Counted from the first letter of the stretch, positions 25,805 to 35,472 are shown. The stretch is DNA of 64,000 nt from a virus (IMGVR_UViG_3300016649_000097:22585-86584); one strand, 5' to 3'. A program made the numbers and translations. The notes: generated by a model from the letters alone, not told the origin.

Positions 25805-26355
25805 TAAATCATTCCCATCAGTTTCTGTTTACGTTCTGCCACCTTTATCGCTACTGGACAAAAATCACATAGGTAAGTCTTTACTCCAGGGGCGTTTTCA
25901 TAACTCTCTAGCCCCTCTTTACGACGCTCTTTAATTGTGTTGGGAACAAGCATCTTGTCAGAGTGATGCCAATCGCTACATCCGTCTTTAGGACTGTTAT
26001 GCGCTTTATAGCATTTCATTGCTTCTTCCATAAAGGTAGAGCGAGTGTCATAAAAGGTATCGTCAATCTCTGCAAGGCCCTTTGAACCACCCTGCTTTAT
26101 CTGACGGATTGCATCTCTGCGAGTTTCTGGGTCACGCCATGCCTTGACTGGAATATCAACAAACAGGTTTCCCTTATGAGGTTCGCCTGATTCAAACACG
26201 TGGCGCTCACAGGCAACAGCGAGGAGATAGTCTTGGTCTGCAGGACCTTCAAATGGAGGAAGTTCTTCTAAAGAATCACATACCCAGCAATGTAAAAGAC
26301 GAAAGGTCTCTTTCTTTTCAACTGGCTTTGACCCAATTAGTGGGACGTTACTCAT
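25804..26355 (-). CDS. Putative Zn-binding hypothetical protein
   Basis: HCWVC, CERH, CYKAH..GC, CDFC. Confidence 0.65.
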   Translation of the reverse strand: MSNVPLIGSKPVEKKETFRLLHCWVCDSLEELPPFEGPADQDYLLAVACERHVFESGEPHKGNLFVDIPVKAWRDPETRRDAIRQIKQGGSKGLAEIDDTFYDTRSTFMEEAMKCYKAHNSPKDGCSDWHHSDKMLVPNTIKERRKEGLESYENAPGVKTYLCDFCPVAIKVAERKQKLMGMI

Positions 26356-26363
26356 TGTGCTCC

Positions 26364-26546
26364 TTATGCTGCAACAGTTATTTTACGATGACCTTGGTCA
26401 TGTCCCAATCTATCAGTTCTTTTGAGGGAATATCCACAGCAGGATTTCCCTTTCTTTTTATTAACTTTTGGATTCTTTTTCATAGCCTTCCCATTACGGC
26501 GTGCGTCGTTACGACCACCGCCTCCCTTTCCGCCTTTCTTAGCCAC
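26364..26546 (-). CDS. Small basic protein
   Basis: MAKKGGKGGGG, Lys-rich. Confidence 0.55.
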   Translation of the reverse strand: MAKKGGKGGGGRNDARRNGKAMKKNPKVNKKKGKSCCGYSLKRTDRLGHDQGHRKITVAA

Positions 26547-26818
26547 TAATCTTGTGGATTAATCCAAGCATCAAGACGATGCCCCTCAACAATAGCATGT
26601 GCTGGGGCGTGCTTTTGTCCGCGCCAAGTAATGCCTTCTGGAAGTTTAATCTTTGCGTCGTGTTTACCACGATTTACGGCAGAAATAGCACGCTTAGATG
26701 GGCCAAGCATAGAGGACGGAACTGGTGGATACAGGTTACTACGAAGATGAGCGAGAAGACCTAAATCTTTGTTCTTGCCCTTCATTGAAGCGTATTCTTC
26801 AGCGTGCATACTTCCCAT
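26546..26818 (-). CDS. Hypothetical protein
   Basis: LLAHLRSNLYPPVP..IVEGHRLDAW. Confidence 0.65.
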   Translation of the reverse strand: MGSMHAEEYASMKGKNKDLGLLAHLRSNLYPPVPSSMLGPSKRAISAVNRGKHDAKIKLPEGITWRGQKHAPAHAIVEGHRLDAWINPQD

Positions 26819-26820
26819 AG

Positions 26821-27147
26821 TTACTCACCTCTCGCATTATCGTGCGCATCAACAAAGTGCGCATTGATTGAACGTCTAATAGTGTTTTGAAGTCTAGAGG
26901 TAGTACTGCTGTATTTGACCTCTGGAACAACCCAACCCTTTTCTCCAAACCAAGCAACAGGAGTCTGGTAAGACTTCACTACATAAGAAGGTTTGTGTGA
27001 GCGCATTTCATCTGCAATGTGCGATGGAAGCATGCCGGTTCCATGACCTACATCTTCAATGCCACCACCACGGCTGCTAGGACCCACGAAAGGCTCTCTT
27101 GCTGTTACGGCCTCTCCTACATTTCTATGTGTGACTCTTCTAGCCAT
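26821..27147 (-). CDS. Hypothetical phage protein
   Basis: YVVKSYQTPVAW..KYSSTTSRLQN pattern. Confidence 0.7.
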   Translation of the reverse strand: MARRVTHRNVGEAVTAREPFVGPSSRGGGIEDVGHGTGMLPSHIADEMRSHKPSYVVKSYQTPVAWFGEKGWVVPEVKYSSTTSRLQNTIRRSINAHFVDAHDNARGE

Positions 27148-27149
27148 GA

Positions 27150-27353
27150 TTACTCACCTCTACGTCTTGGATTATTAGCACGGTCTGGAACAGAATTTGG
27201 ATTGCCCTTTATGTTTCCGTAACTTACGGGAATTCCAATTCCTCTTGACAAATAATCCATTGCCTTTTGTGATTTTAATGGAACTTTTTTACCAGAATAT
27301 CTTGGATTTTGATATCTAGAAGTTGGGTCTTCAAACTCTTCAATCTTAGCCAT
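27150..27353 (-). CDS. Hypothetical protein (MAKIEEF)
   Basis: 67 aa, coupled starts and stops. Confidence 0.6.
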   Translation of the reverse strand: MAKIEEFEDPTSRYQNPRYSGKKVPLKSQKAMDYLSRGIGIPVSYGNIKGNPNSVPDRANNPRRRGE

Positions 27354-27556
27354 TATTTACCTGGATTCACTTTGTTTGGATATTCAGAAGTAATGAAGCC
27401 ATATCCATAAAATGGATGTAGTGACTGACGGTTAGCCTCAGTTGCAGAAGTATTCATTGCGTTTTCTTCTGTATCAGGGCGAACTTTACGGTACTTGCCG
27501 TCTGTCGCTCCATCATTGAGAGACTTGTTCATTGAGCGTGATGAGTTGACTGCCAT
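27353..27556 (-). CDS. Hypothetical protein (MAVNSSRS)
   Basis: 67 aa, coupled. Confidence 0.65.
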   Translation of the reverse strand: MAVNSSRSMNKSLNDGATDGKYRKVRPDTEENAMNTSATEANRQSLHPFYGYGFITSEYPNKVNPGK

Positions 27557-27558
27557 GT

Positions 27559-27915
27559 TTAACTACCCATCTTTCTAAATTTTGCTTGTCTTCTTGCATC
27601 TTGTGCTTCTCTTTTTGCCTTGTATTTTGCTACACCTGCTTCATACCTAGCATTTGCTCTTTTTTCATAATCTTCAGCCCAAGCAACTTTCTTTTGAGCA
27701 CGTGCTTCTGCTTTTGAACCTTTAACAACAGTCTTTTTTGGTCTAAATCCTAAAGAGGCTTCTCCAAGTAACACGGTTCCAACTCTAGAAATATTCTCTA
27801 CTTCAGTTGTTTCTTTCTTAGGAGCGGCTTTAATACCGCCTGCCTTTGCAACAGCCTCTACTGCAGGGTTTTTAAATTTAGGTGCTGATTTACGACGGTC
27901 ATTCCATCCAATCAT
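27559..27915 (-). CDS. Basic Ala/Lys-rich protein
   Basis: 118 aa. Confidence 0.6.
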   Translation of the reverse strand: MIGWNDRRKSAPKFKNPAVEAVAKAGGIKAAPKKETTEVENISRVGTVLLGEASLGFRPKKTVVKGSKAEARAQKKVAWAEDYEKRANARYEAGVAKYKAKREAQDARRQAKFRKMGS

Positions 27916-28115
27916 TGCATTAATTCCTTTGCTCTTTTATGGCGCTTCTCTGTCACACACCCAGTGCAGTGCCCTTGGTTCGTTAGAAATTCTACAGGGT
28001 TAATTACCATCCCACAGGTCGGACATGAGGAAGAACCGTGGTAAAGGGTAAGGTTATCTGCAACCTTTTTAGCCTGTAATTCCATAGTTAAGGCGCCATC
28101 GCCATCGTCAGCCAT
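27912..28115 (-). CDS. Small Zn-finger protein
   Basis: CPTCG..HCTGC. Confidence 0.65.
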   Translation of the reverse strand: MADDGDGALTMELQAKKVADNLTLYHGSSSCPTCGMVINPVEFLTNQGHCTGCVTEKRHKRAKELMQ

Positions 28116-28311
28116 TATTCATCTCCCTACGCATTCTGGATTCAAATAGTACTTTTGAAAGAAGGTTAGCCCCTGGACTAGTCGCCTTATACATAGGAAA
28201 GTATCCCTCAAATTGAGAAACGGGTACGGCTGAAGCACGCATTACTGCGCCATGTTGTTCTGCTTTTGACATTCCTCCTTCAGACAGGAAGTCAGAGGAT
28301 TCATCTGCCAT
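28108..28311 (-). CDS. Hypothetical protein
   Basis: 67 aa, in operon. Confidence 0.55.
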   Translation of the reverse strand: MADESSDFLSEGGMSKAEQHGAVMRASAVPVSQFEGYFPMYKATSPGANLLSKVLFESRMRREMNNG

Positions 28312-28316
28312 TGGTA

Positions 28317-28676
28317 CTACTCACTTCCTAACGTGTTTCTAGAAGCACCAGTGTATCCCGCAGGGCTTCCTGAGTACCAGGAAATGCGTGGCTCTACATA
28401 GGTCCTATCAACTGTAACAACATCATCTATGCCTGGAACATCTCGGTTATATCCATACCGCTCAGGGAATAGCCGTATCTGAGGTAATGGAGGACGAACC
28501 ATTGCTGAGATTTCTGCTCCAGGAATAGTTGCAACCATAAGTGCTTGGGATGTTAGGCGCTCCATATTTGATGACCAGGGTCCGTTGTATTGCCAACGCT
28601 TTGCTACTTGGTCAGGTTGAACAGGTGCACGCCATGGCTTTGTGTAGTCGTAAACACCATCATATTTTTGTGTCAT
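28317..28676 (-). CDS. Hypothetical protein
   Basis: 119 aa, Pro/Trp-containing. Confidence 0.65.
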   Translation of the reverse strand: MTQKYDGVYDYTKPWRAPVQPDQVAKRWQYNGPWSSNMERLTSQALMVATIPGAEISAMVRPPLPQIRLFPERYGYNRDVPGIDDVVTVDRTYVEPRISWYSGSPAGYTGASRNTLGSE

Positions 28677-29335
28677 AACGACCCCCTATGCGCTACCCAA
28701 GAAACTGCTTGTGCTTTATTTGGAATATCTACGCCCAAATTTTCTGCAGCATGCTTATAAGCCTGTACAAAGTGTTGGTAACGACCATATGCACTTAATC
28801 CAATATCAGGAGACATTTTTCCTCCACCACCACGTGGTGTGCTCTTTCTTCCTGTGCCAACAAAAGGATGCCCCATAGCGATATCGTATGCATGACGGTC
28901 AATTGTTACTGGTTCTTTGTTACTTGGGTCATGTATGTTTTCAAAAAAGTTAGTTACTTTATGTCCACCCAACACATCACGGGGGTCTTGACCAGCCATA
29001 ATTTTTTGTGCTTTTTCTACATTTTGTGGAATAAGAGCGCTACGAACTGTCCCTGTTTTGCGCATTTCATGAGCCTCTGCAACATTTCTGTTCCAGTCAC
29101 TTAAAGGAGATAGTGCAGCAATTATTCCTGCGCCTTTTTTAACATCTCCTCCACCAACCTTCTTAGCCTCTTCATGAGCGCGTTCATACCAAGAAGAGCC
29201 ACCTTTTAGTAGTTCAGGACTGGCTTCTTTGTATTTATTCATTATGTTCTGTATATGCACATGAAATTGGGCTTGAGCAAGGTTTGCATCCCATCTTCCA
29301 TGTTCATTTACACCAAAAAACTTCATTATCGCCAC
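28673..29335 (-). CDS. HhH-glycosylase-related hypothetical protein
   Basis: WY..AH..AGIIAALSP..W..N..GHKVTNF..VTIDRHA..AQAVSW. Confidence 0.45.
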   Translation of the reverse strand: MAIMKFFGVNEHGRWDANLAQAQFHVHIQNIMNKYKEASPELLKGGSSWYERAHEEAKKVGGGDVKKGAGIIAALSPLSDWNRNVAEAHEMRKTGTVRSALIPQNVEKAQKIMAGQDPRDVLGGHKVTNFFENIHDPSNKEPVTIDRHAYDIAMGHPFVGTGRKSTPRGGGGKMSPDIGLSAYGRYQHFVQAYKHAAENLGVDIPNKAQAVSWVAHRGSL

Positions 29336-29859
29336 GCTGGTTTCAAATAAGCCAACATATTTTGGCGACGAACATCAATTTCACCTGGCGCTGTAGAAAC
29401 AAGATTTGATTTACCATCATTTACCAGATGTGGAGCAGGAGTTAACTGTGTTTGTGGAGCAAATCGAGTTGAACGATAGAGTGTTGCTCCGCTACTAGTA
29501 TCAACCTTTGCCATCATCTGACGACGAATACCCATATCTGGATTGAACTCTTCAGGCCAGTAGTACATAGAAGGCTCAATACGCTCGCCTTTATGAACAC
29601 CACGTTGATACGCCTTTTGATTTACGCGACTCTTTACTGAGTCAAGAAGCCTGTCATCACGACGAGAACGTATGGTTCCAAGATAGCCATCAGGATATTC
29701 TGCAGAAGGAACACGACCAACACCAATGCGTAACGCATCCATGGTGTCGTGTGCAACAGGAGTTCCGGCACCACCTTGGTTGTTATAGCCATAGAAGCCA
29801 CCAGCACCTAACGATTGCCAATTCTGATTGGCTGAAAAATTATTAGAACCTGTAGGCAT
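29326..29859 (-). CDS. Hypothetical protein
   Basis: 177 aa. Confidence 0.7.
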   Translation of the reverse strand: MPTGSNNFSANQNWQSLGAGGFYGYNNQGGAGTPVAHDTMDALRIGVGRVPSAEYPDGYLGTIRSRRDDRLLDSVKSRVNQKAYQRGVHKGERIEPSMYYWPEEFNPDMGIRRQMMAKVDTSSGATLYRSTRFAPQTQLTPAPHLVNDGKSNLVSTAPGEIDVRRQNMLAYLKPAWR

Positions 29860-30470
29860 TAGCGTTTTCTCCTGTTCTTAGAGATAGTTGCTAATACCTC
29901 GTTTAATGTAACTGGCACAGTCCTTCCAGTTTTGTTTCTACGAGTTGCACCACGATTTACATGGGCTAAATCAACACGGTCATTCTTTTTTGGTTTAGGA
30001 GCCAGTCTTTCATACTCACTTGTTGTGTGAGAAGTTTGACGCCATCTCCAGTCTGGATTTACACCAGGAACATCTCTGTCAAAGTAAACATTTCCACCTT
30101 CAGGATGAAGGTAGTCAACACCGTGTTCTTCTTGTCCTTTACCTAAATCCCAGCCAGCGATTTGTCTATTACCAGTTCCAGCAGTACGGGCTTCTCCAAG
30201 AGTTTCATATTTACGACTCTTATCTTGGAATATTACTCCGCCCTGTTTCCAACCACCATGTGCCTCTGGTTCTTCAGCAGATGGCTCGTGCTTTTCAAAA
30301 TACTCTTTTGCCTGTTCTGGAGTCAAGGGAGGAGCGCTTCTTTCTTGGGCGCCTTCTTCAGAAACCATAACCCCAGGTCCTTCAACTTTTTCTTTACCAC
30401 GAAATGTACGGGAAGCACCACCAACGTTAGGGTCGTTTACTAAGTCTGCAAATTCAGAATGGCTAATCAT
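29859..30470 (-). CDS. Hypothetical protein (MISHSEF)
   Basis: 203 aa. Confidence 0.65.
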   Translation of the reverse strand: MISHSEFADLVNDPNVGGASRTFRGKEKVEGPGVMVSEEGAQERSAPPLTPEQAKEYFEKHEPSAEEPEAHGGWKQGGVIFQDKSRKYETLGEARTAGTGNRQIAGWDLGKGQEEHGVDYLHPEGGNVYFDRDVPGVNPDWRWRQTSHTTSEYERLAPKPKKNDRVDLAHVNRGATRRNKTGRTVPVTLNEVLATISKNRRKR

Positions 30471-30678
30471 TTACTTCACCAAATCCTGTCAGTGCAACGT
30501 TGCCATACTCATCTGTGTCATACACAAGGGATACCTCTGCTGGTATCTCATCGTCTGTTTCTAGTGTTAGAACTGCCTTATCCCCATCTACTACGATGTC
30601 CTGTACTACAAAAGATTGAGGTAGGTCTAACATAAATTCTAAAGTTTTTAAATCTACGTGTGCCTTTACTGTACTCAT
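30463..30678 (-). CDS. Small acidic beta-rich protein
   Basis: 71 aa. Confidence 0.6.
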   Translation of the reverse strand: MSTVKAHVDLKTLEFMLDLPQSFVVQDIVVDGDKAVLTLETDDEIPAEVSLVYDTDEYGNVALTGFGEVND

Positions 30679-31406
30679 GATTTGAACCCTTTTAGCATTT
30701 TATCGTGCGCCATTTTTGCTTCTTGTGTTGCTTTATGAAACTCTGCACGACGACCAATGGGAGTAATAAGTCCTGAAGACTTTAGCACTGCAACCTTTTG
30801 TTCAGGGAATTCGCCCTTGCGGTCACCGTAATTCAAAAGACTGTTTTGACCACGAGTCTCCGTAGCCATAGCAGGACGAGCCATTGGACTAAACATTGCA
30901 TAGTGACTGCGGAAGGCTGCCTCTTCACCATGCGGGTCAAATCCACGACCAGTTGCAGCGTGACCAAAGAAATCATGAACTGCACGGAACATATCGTTCT
31001 CGTCATGTGAAAAATATGGATGACCGCCTGTGGACGCTGTTGAAAACACTTTAAATCTTCCTTGACCAGCATCTTGCATCATATGTGCGGCTTTTGCATA
31101 TGGGTCATCTTTTGTAACTGAAACGTCAACGCCAAGACCACCCTTTGAACGAGGACGAGTCATATAATCATATTGACGTTTTGTTTCTTCTGCCATTGCC
31201 TTGTAATGAGGTACGGCTTTAGGGTCAAACGAAGGGGCTTCTTGGTATTCACGAGCAATCTTTTGTGCTTGAGGAATATTTACAACGACATTATCAAAAC
31301 GATTAGGACGCACAAGTCCCATGTCTTTTGCGTAGCGTGCCGCTCCTTCTGCCGCTAAAGGTACAGCGACATTCCTCCCAACACTGAACTCTTCATTTCT
31401 TGCCAT
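30675..31406 (-). CDS. RAVHDxFGH-motif protein (putative zincin-like)
   Basis: Start MARNEEF at 31406 after AAGGA; FRAVHDFFGH..GEEAA..ETRGQNS. Confidence 0.6.
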   Translation of the reverse strand: MARNEEFSVGRNVAVPLAAEGAARYAKDMGLVRPNRFDNVVVNIPQAQKIAREYQEAPSFDPKAVPHYKAMAEETKRQYDYMTRPRSKGGLGVDVSVTKDDPYAKAAHMMQDAGQGRFKVFSTASTGGHPYFSHDENDMFRAVHDFFGHAATGRGFDPHGEEAAFRSHYAMFSPMARPAMATETRGQNSLLNYGDRKGEFPEQKVAVLKSSGLITPIGRRAEFHKATQEAKMAHDKMLKGFKS

Positions 31407-31413
31407 TGCATCC

Positions 31414-31653
31414 TTATTGTTTATCAGAGCGTGGAATTGAAGGAGCCGAAGAAGAACCGTCATCAAAACTGTAGACAGAACCAGCGCTACGTCTTGAATA
31501 TGGAAGAGGTGCTCCTCTTCCCATTTCACGGGTCTGCCAAGCAGTGCGTTGCTCGTATGTTCCACGAGTAGACGCACCTAATGACATTGGTGCTGGATAA
31601 CTTGCGGGTCTACGCTCGTCGTCGTCACCAAATTCAACTGCTGAACGTGGCAC
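31414..31653 (-). CDS. Hypothetical protein
   Basis: 79 aa. Confidence 0.55.
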   Translation of the reverse strand: MPRSAVEFGDDDERRPASYPAPMSLGASTRGTYEQRTAWQTREMGRGAPLPYSRRSAGSVYSFDDGSSSAPSIPRSDKQ

Positions 31654-31655
31654 TA

Positions 31656-32117
31656 CTACTCCCTTGAGTCAGACATCCCGTAATTAAAATCAGGTGCTTG
31701 CTTTCCTGATACGGAGCGAACTGTCTTTGCATTTGCAAGAGTTGCAGAAGCCTCAACAGAATGAACTCCTGGGAACTTTGCACCAACAACATATCGAGCA
31801 CCTAAACGCTCGGACTGTGATGCAGAACCTGCAGGAATGTTTTTGCGGTTAGCCTTATTTGGAACTATTGGGTCTGCTGCCTGCTTGTTTCCTTTTGGCA
31901 TCAACTTACCCTTTAGTGGCTTTGCACTTACATTTGTTACACCTGAGTAGTCCATGCCTACATAACGGCGTGGGCTTGCTGAATGAGCAGCAGAAGCAAG
32001 AACTTCTTCTGGTGTGTCAATATTTCTGTTTTTCATGTTACCTACCGATTCAAAGTGATTGGATGGAGCACCCATGCGTCGACGCATTGCGTGGTCCATA
32101 TCTGCCCAATTTGCCAT
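31656..32117 (-). CDS. Hypothetical protein
   Basis: 153 aa; AGGGAG RBS; TATCCT -10 upstream. Confidence 0.65.
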   Translation of the reverse strand: MANWADMDHAMRRRMGAPSNHFESVGNMKNRNIDTPEEVLASAAHSASPRRYVGMDYSGVTNVSAKPLKGKLMPKGNKQAADPIVPNKANRKNIPAGSASQSERLGARYVVGAKFPGVHSVEASATLANAKTVRSVSGKQAPDFNYGMSDSRE

Positions 32118-32155
32118 AGAGAGACTCCCTTGTTCAGTACAAGGATACGACTGTT

Positions 32156-32443
32156 TTAGTTGGCTGTAATGGCGAATACGATGGCGGAAATCTCGCCATC
32201 CCTGCTCTCAATCGTGGTAAACCCTGGCTTACAAGTCAGGTCCATGCCACGAGGAGCGACATAGCCACGAGAGATAGCGATTGCCTTTACTGCCTGATTT
32301 ACGGCTCCAGCACCTACAGCACGAATTTTTACCTCGTGCTTTTCATAGATAGCGTGAGCAATTGCAGATGCAACGCTTTGTGGATTGGATGATGCGCTTA
32401 CTCTTAGAAATGCTTCTTCAGTAGAGGTTACTTCTGTAGACAC
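32156..32443 (-). CDS. spoVS: SpoVS-family protein
   Basis: LRVSASSNPQSVASAIA..IRAVGAGAVNQAVKAIAISRGYVAPRG closely follows the B. subtilis SpoVS pattern. Confidence 0.9.
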   Translation of the reverse strand: MSTEVTSTEEAFLRVSASSNPQSVASAIAHAIYEKHEVKIRAVGAGAVNQAVKAIAISRGYVAPRGMDLTCKPGFTTIESRDGEISAIVFAITAN

Positions 32444-32498
32444 GATTATTAGTCCTTTGGTTCCGATGTAGTGCCACTCCTAGGGCAAAATGGTAGGA

Positions 32499-33077
32499 CT
32501 AATCTCGTCGTTGGTCTCGGTATTTACTATCCTGCATTTGCATAACTACAGATTCCTCTACCTTGTCGGTAAAGATATCGGCAGCCAGCCTTGCTAGAGC
32601 GTAAGAATCGGCAGCGTTATCATCGTTAAACTCGACTCCCCATCTCTTGTACATCTGTAGGAGCATCTCCTGCTTCTTGGCATTTCCCTTACCTGCTGCG
32701 TATTTCTTTAGGGTCATAGGAGGAACCATTACTGGAAATTTAGTATCGTCATCAAAGTAGTCATAGATGGTCAGTTTTACTAGGGCCGATAGTTCTCCAA
32801 GAACCAAGGCAGAGTGACTAGCAAGAACCGTACCTTCCATTGCAATCTTTTGTATTGGATGATTTTCTGAGATGTAATCAAAATGGTCAAACAAGAACTG
32901 TCGAATATCGACAAGACGTTCTACTCCAAAATATGGAGACTTGTACACCCAAGTCATGTACTGCTTAGGGTCAGACACAGCCAATGCTGTAAACGCAAAA
33001 CCAGTTAATGACTGGTCTATCCCTATAGCAACTAATAAGTCTTTTTCTAAGCCTGCATCAATCGACTTGGTTGGCAC
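32499..33077 (-). CDS. RuvC-like Holliday junction resolvase
   Basis: IGIDQS, IAMEG, LKKYAAGKGNAKK, DNAADS. Confidence 0.85.
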   Translation of the reverse strand: MPTKSIDAGLEKDLLVAIGIDQSLTGFAFTALAVSDPKQYMTWVYKSPYFGVERLVDIRQFLFDHFDYISENHPIQKIAMEGTVLASHSALVLGELSALVKLTIYDYFDDDTKFPVMVPPMTLKKYAAGKGNAKKQEMLLQMYKRWGVEFNDDNAADSYALARLAADIFTDKVEESVVMQMQDSKYRDQRRD

Positions 33078-33342
33078 GGCGTTCTCTTTCAGTAATGACC
33101 ATGTCTACAGTTCCAAGATACCCAGCGCCGTCTACCAAGTTATCCCTCTTGTGCTTGTAAACTTCTCGTGCAATCTTGACCCATGCCATGGCAAGGCCTA
33201 CTTGCTCTTCAGTAATCTCTATTCCAAAGATTACTTCCCAACCCTTCTTTATCCTTTTAAAGTTATCAAGAGGATGGTCGTATGAAGAATTTCTCTCATT
33301 GTTTATGAGTTGATGTGCTTCTGGCAAAATCGGTTCACTCAT
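33058..33342 (-). CDS. DUF6378-type protein
   Basis: ILPEAHQLINNER..Y..P..NF.RI..W..KIARE..KRDNLVDGAGY. Confidence 0.75.
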   Translation of the reverse strand: MSEPILPEAHQLINNERNSSYDHPLDNFKRIKKGWEVIFGIEITEEQVGLAMAWVKIAREVYKHKRDNLVDGAGYLGTVDMVITERERRANQVD

Positions 33343-34214
33343 GGAATAAACACATACCTTCCTGTTAGCCATTGGTTAGATGTAGTTGTTGTTGCAATAC
33401 TTGCATAAGTCTCGTTAATAGTTGACTTTAGATTCTTCATCCACCATCCGGCAAACGCTGCAGTTGCATTTGAAGTTCCTACTGCAAACTGACGTGAACC
33501 ATTCATTGCCGTGTGAAAGAACCGACCATTTGTATAGAAGTCTGTTGATGCATTTCCGTTGCTATACAGAGCAATAGTTGGTGTTGCGTTCTTGTCCCAA
33601 GCCTCTCCACCTCGTAATGCTGGATTGTCGGTTGCTCCTACAGAAATAACATCATCGATACAAGAAGGAACAGCAATATTAGTTCTGTTCTTCTCATTAC
33701 CTGTAGAGGCTATTACTGCTACTTCTTGTTGTTTCAGAGAAGAGATTGCTCCTGTTAGTTCAGGCGTTGCTCTACAAGGGGCGTTTACTCTTCCTTGCGA
33801 AATGCTTACAGCCTTGATGTTTAGGCGCGATGAATTATCAACTACCCAACGAAGTGCAGTTGTCACATCATCTATGGTGTATCCGCCAGCACGACCATTA
33901 GCGCTTAATCCTAAAATGCGGATAAGCACGACCTTGGCATCTGGATTTACAGATGTAAGAATCGAGAGCATCGTTGTGCCATGAGCAAATGCTGGTAGTG
34001 CATTGGCAGGAACTGATGCTGCTCCAGCGCTCTCCTGGAATCTTTGACCATTTGGACACGCTGCATTAGAAACGATACAAACTTCTGCTACAACATTGTT
34101 TGGAAACAATGATGCATTAAAGCCAACATCGATTATGGCAACTGTTGGTGTGTTTGCTTGGGCTGGAAACGAAACTCCAACCAATAGTAAAACAAGTGCT
34201 AATAACTTTCTCAT
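33339..34214 (-). CDS. Secreted subtilisin-like (S8) serine peptidase
   Basis: Signal peptide ..PAQA; AIIDVG (D), HGTTM (H), GTSNAT (S). Confidence 0.9.
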   Translation of the reverse strand: MRKLLALVLLLVGVSFPAQANTPTVAIIDVGFNASLFPNNVVAEVCIVSNAACPNGQRFQESAGAASVPANALPAFAHGTTMLSILTSVNPDAKVVLIRILGLSANGRAGGYTIDDVTTALRWVVDNSSRLNIKAVSISQGRVNAPCRATPELTGAISSLKQQEVAVIASTGNEKNRTNIAVPSCIDDVISVGATDNPALRGGEAWDKNATPTIALYSNGNASTDFYTNGRFFHTAMNGSRQFAVGTSNATAAFAGWWMKNLKSTINETYASIATTTTSNQWLTGRYVFIP

Positions 34215-34669
34215 ACGTATTCCCTCCTCGGCCCTCCAGCCGTTCTACGAGTTATTTCTCTAGATACTAGAGTGATATCTCTCTCCTGATTGGAGAGCAT
34301 CATCTCTACCATCTTCCTGTAAGCATGCTTTTCTTCTAAAGCATCCTCCAACTTTACTACATCATCATCAATGGCAATCTGAGCCCTGATTAAGGTGACT
34401 TTGTCTCCTTTTGTTGCAGACCCCAACTTTTCTACCATCAATTTATTTACTTTAAAATCCAATGCTCTTTGTGCGGCACGTTCTGCAATCTGAGCCTGAG
34501 CCAGTTGAGATGCTGTGTAATCAGCCCATCCAGTTAGTATTGTAAACATTTCAGCCAACTGCTCACCACTAAGGTCAGTAATGTCAGGAGGAAGAGTTAC
34601 AAGGTCATAGGAAGGTTTGGGGATGTTCATCCCCTTCTCAACTAGGGTATCAAGTCGCATTGTTTGCAC
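34211..34669 (-). CDS. Coiled-coil protein (possible recombination mediator)
   Basis: Long amphipathic helices; sits in the recombination module. Confidence 0.5.
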   Translation of the reverse strand: MQTMRLDTLVEKGMNIPKPSYDLVTLPPDITDLSGEQLAEMFTILTGWADYTASQLAQAQIAERAAQRALDFKVNKLMVEKLGSATKGDKVTLIRAQIAIDDDVVKLEDALEEKHAYRKMVEMMLSNQERDITLVSREITRRTAGGPRREYV

Positions 34670-35472
34670 CCGTCCTCTGATACATTGCAGACCGGCATCT
34701 TATCAGCCTCTACTGCATCTACAACTTTCTTGGCTGCATTAAAAATTCTTTCCACTATTTCAAAGTTTGCTTTTACTGTGAACTCACGATAATCCTGGTC
34801 TGCCTTGAGTTCATAAATAAAAACTATTTCTTTTGGCGCATCTTCACCAAACATACGGCGGGCTAGTTCTAAGTACATTTGTCCCTGTAGAAGGTGACTG
34901 CGGAAAGGTCTGCGTATGTTTTTCCATGCCTTTGTTACATCTCCACCTGCATCGTAGAGAAGGTCTGGAGATTCAAATCTTAAAGTTCCAGCGCCAATTG
35001 ATTTAATTTCAATTAGGCAATCTTCTCCAAGGCCCTTAATCCAACCATCAGCATGACCATGAATACGAAGCGACTCGTCCTTTAGTGGAACTTCTAGGTA
35101 TTCGTCTTCTGCGTCTACCTCAGAGGAGATGTTCCACCCCTTCCCTACTGGTCCATGCCACATACCGTAGAGAACGCCCATCTCTTTGAATCTGTTCTGC
35201 CATTTTGCGTGTATGGCATGACCTTCGTCAAAAATGTTCTGCAGTCTAAGACTTGGCTTTTCTTTCTTAGGTTCTCCACCTTTCAGCAAATAAAAAGAAT
35301 ACCTATGGCACCAATCTGCCTTAATAATCTCAGATGGATGAAGAACATCCGTTCTACGATTACTAGGAGGTTTGAGCAACAGGTGTCTTTCTACATCACC
35401 TAGAAGTCTAGTTTCAGTCTTCTTGGCATCCAAGAACTTCTTGAGGTCTTTCGACGCTTGAACTGGCATCAC
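34642..35472 (-). CDS. Cas4-like PD-(D/E)XK exonuclease
   Basis: HPSE..WC; GHADG..IEIKS; QMY; C-terminal C..CKQC. Confidence 0.85.
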   Translation of the reverse strand: MMPVQASKDLKKFLDAKKTETRLLGDVERHLLLKPPSNRRTDVLHPSEIIKADWCHRYSFYLLKGGEPKKEKPSLRLQNIFDEGHAIHAKWQNRFKEMGVLYGMWHGPVGKGWNISSEVDAEDEYLEVPLKDESLRIHGHADGWIKGLGEDCLIEIKSIGAGTLRFESPDLLYDAGGDVTKAWKNIRRPFRSHLLQGQMYLELARRMFGEDAPKEIVFIYELKADQDYREFTVKANFEIVERIFNAAKKVVDAVEADKMPVCNVSEDGCKQCDLIP

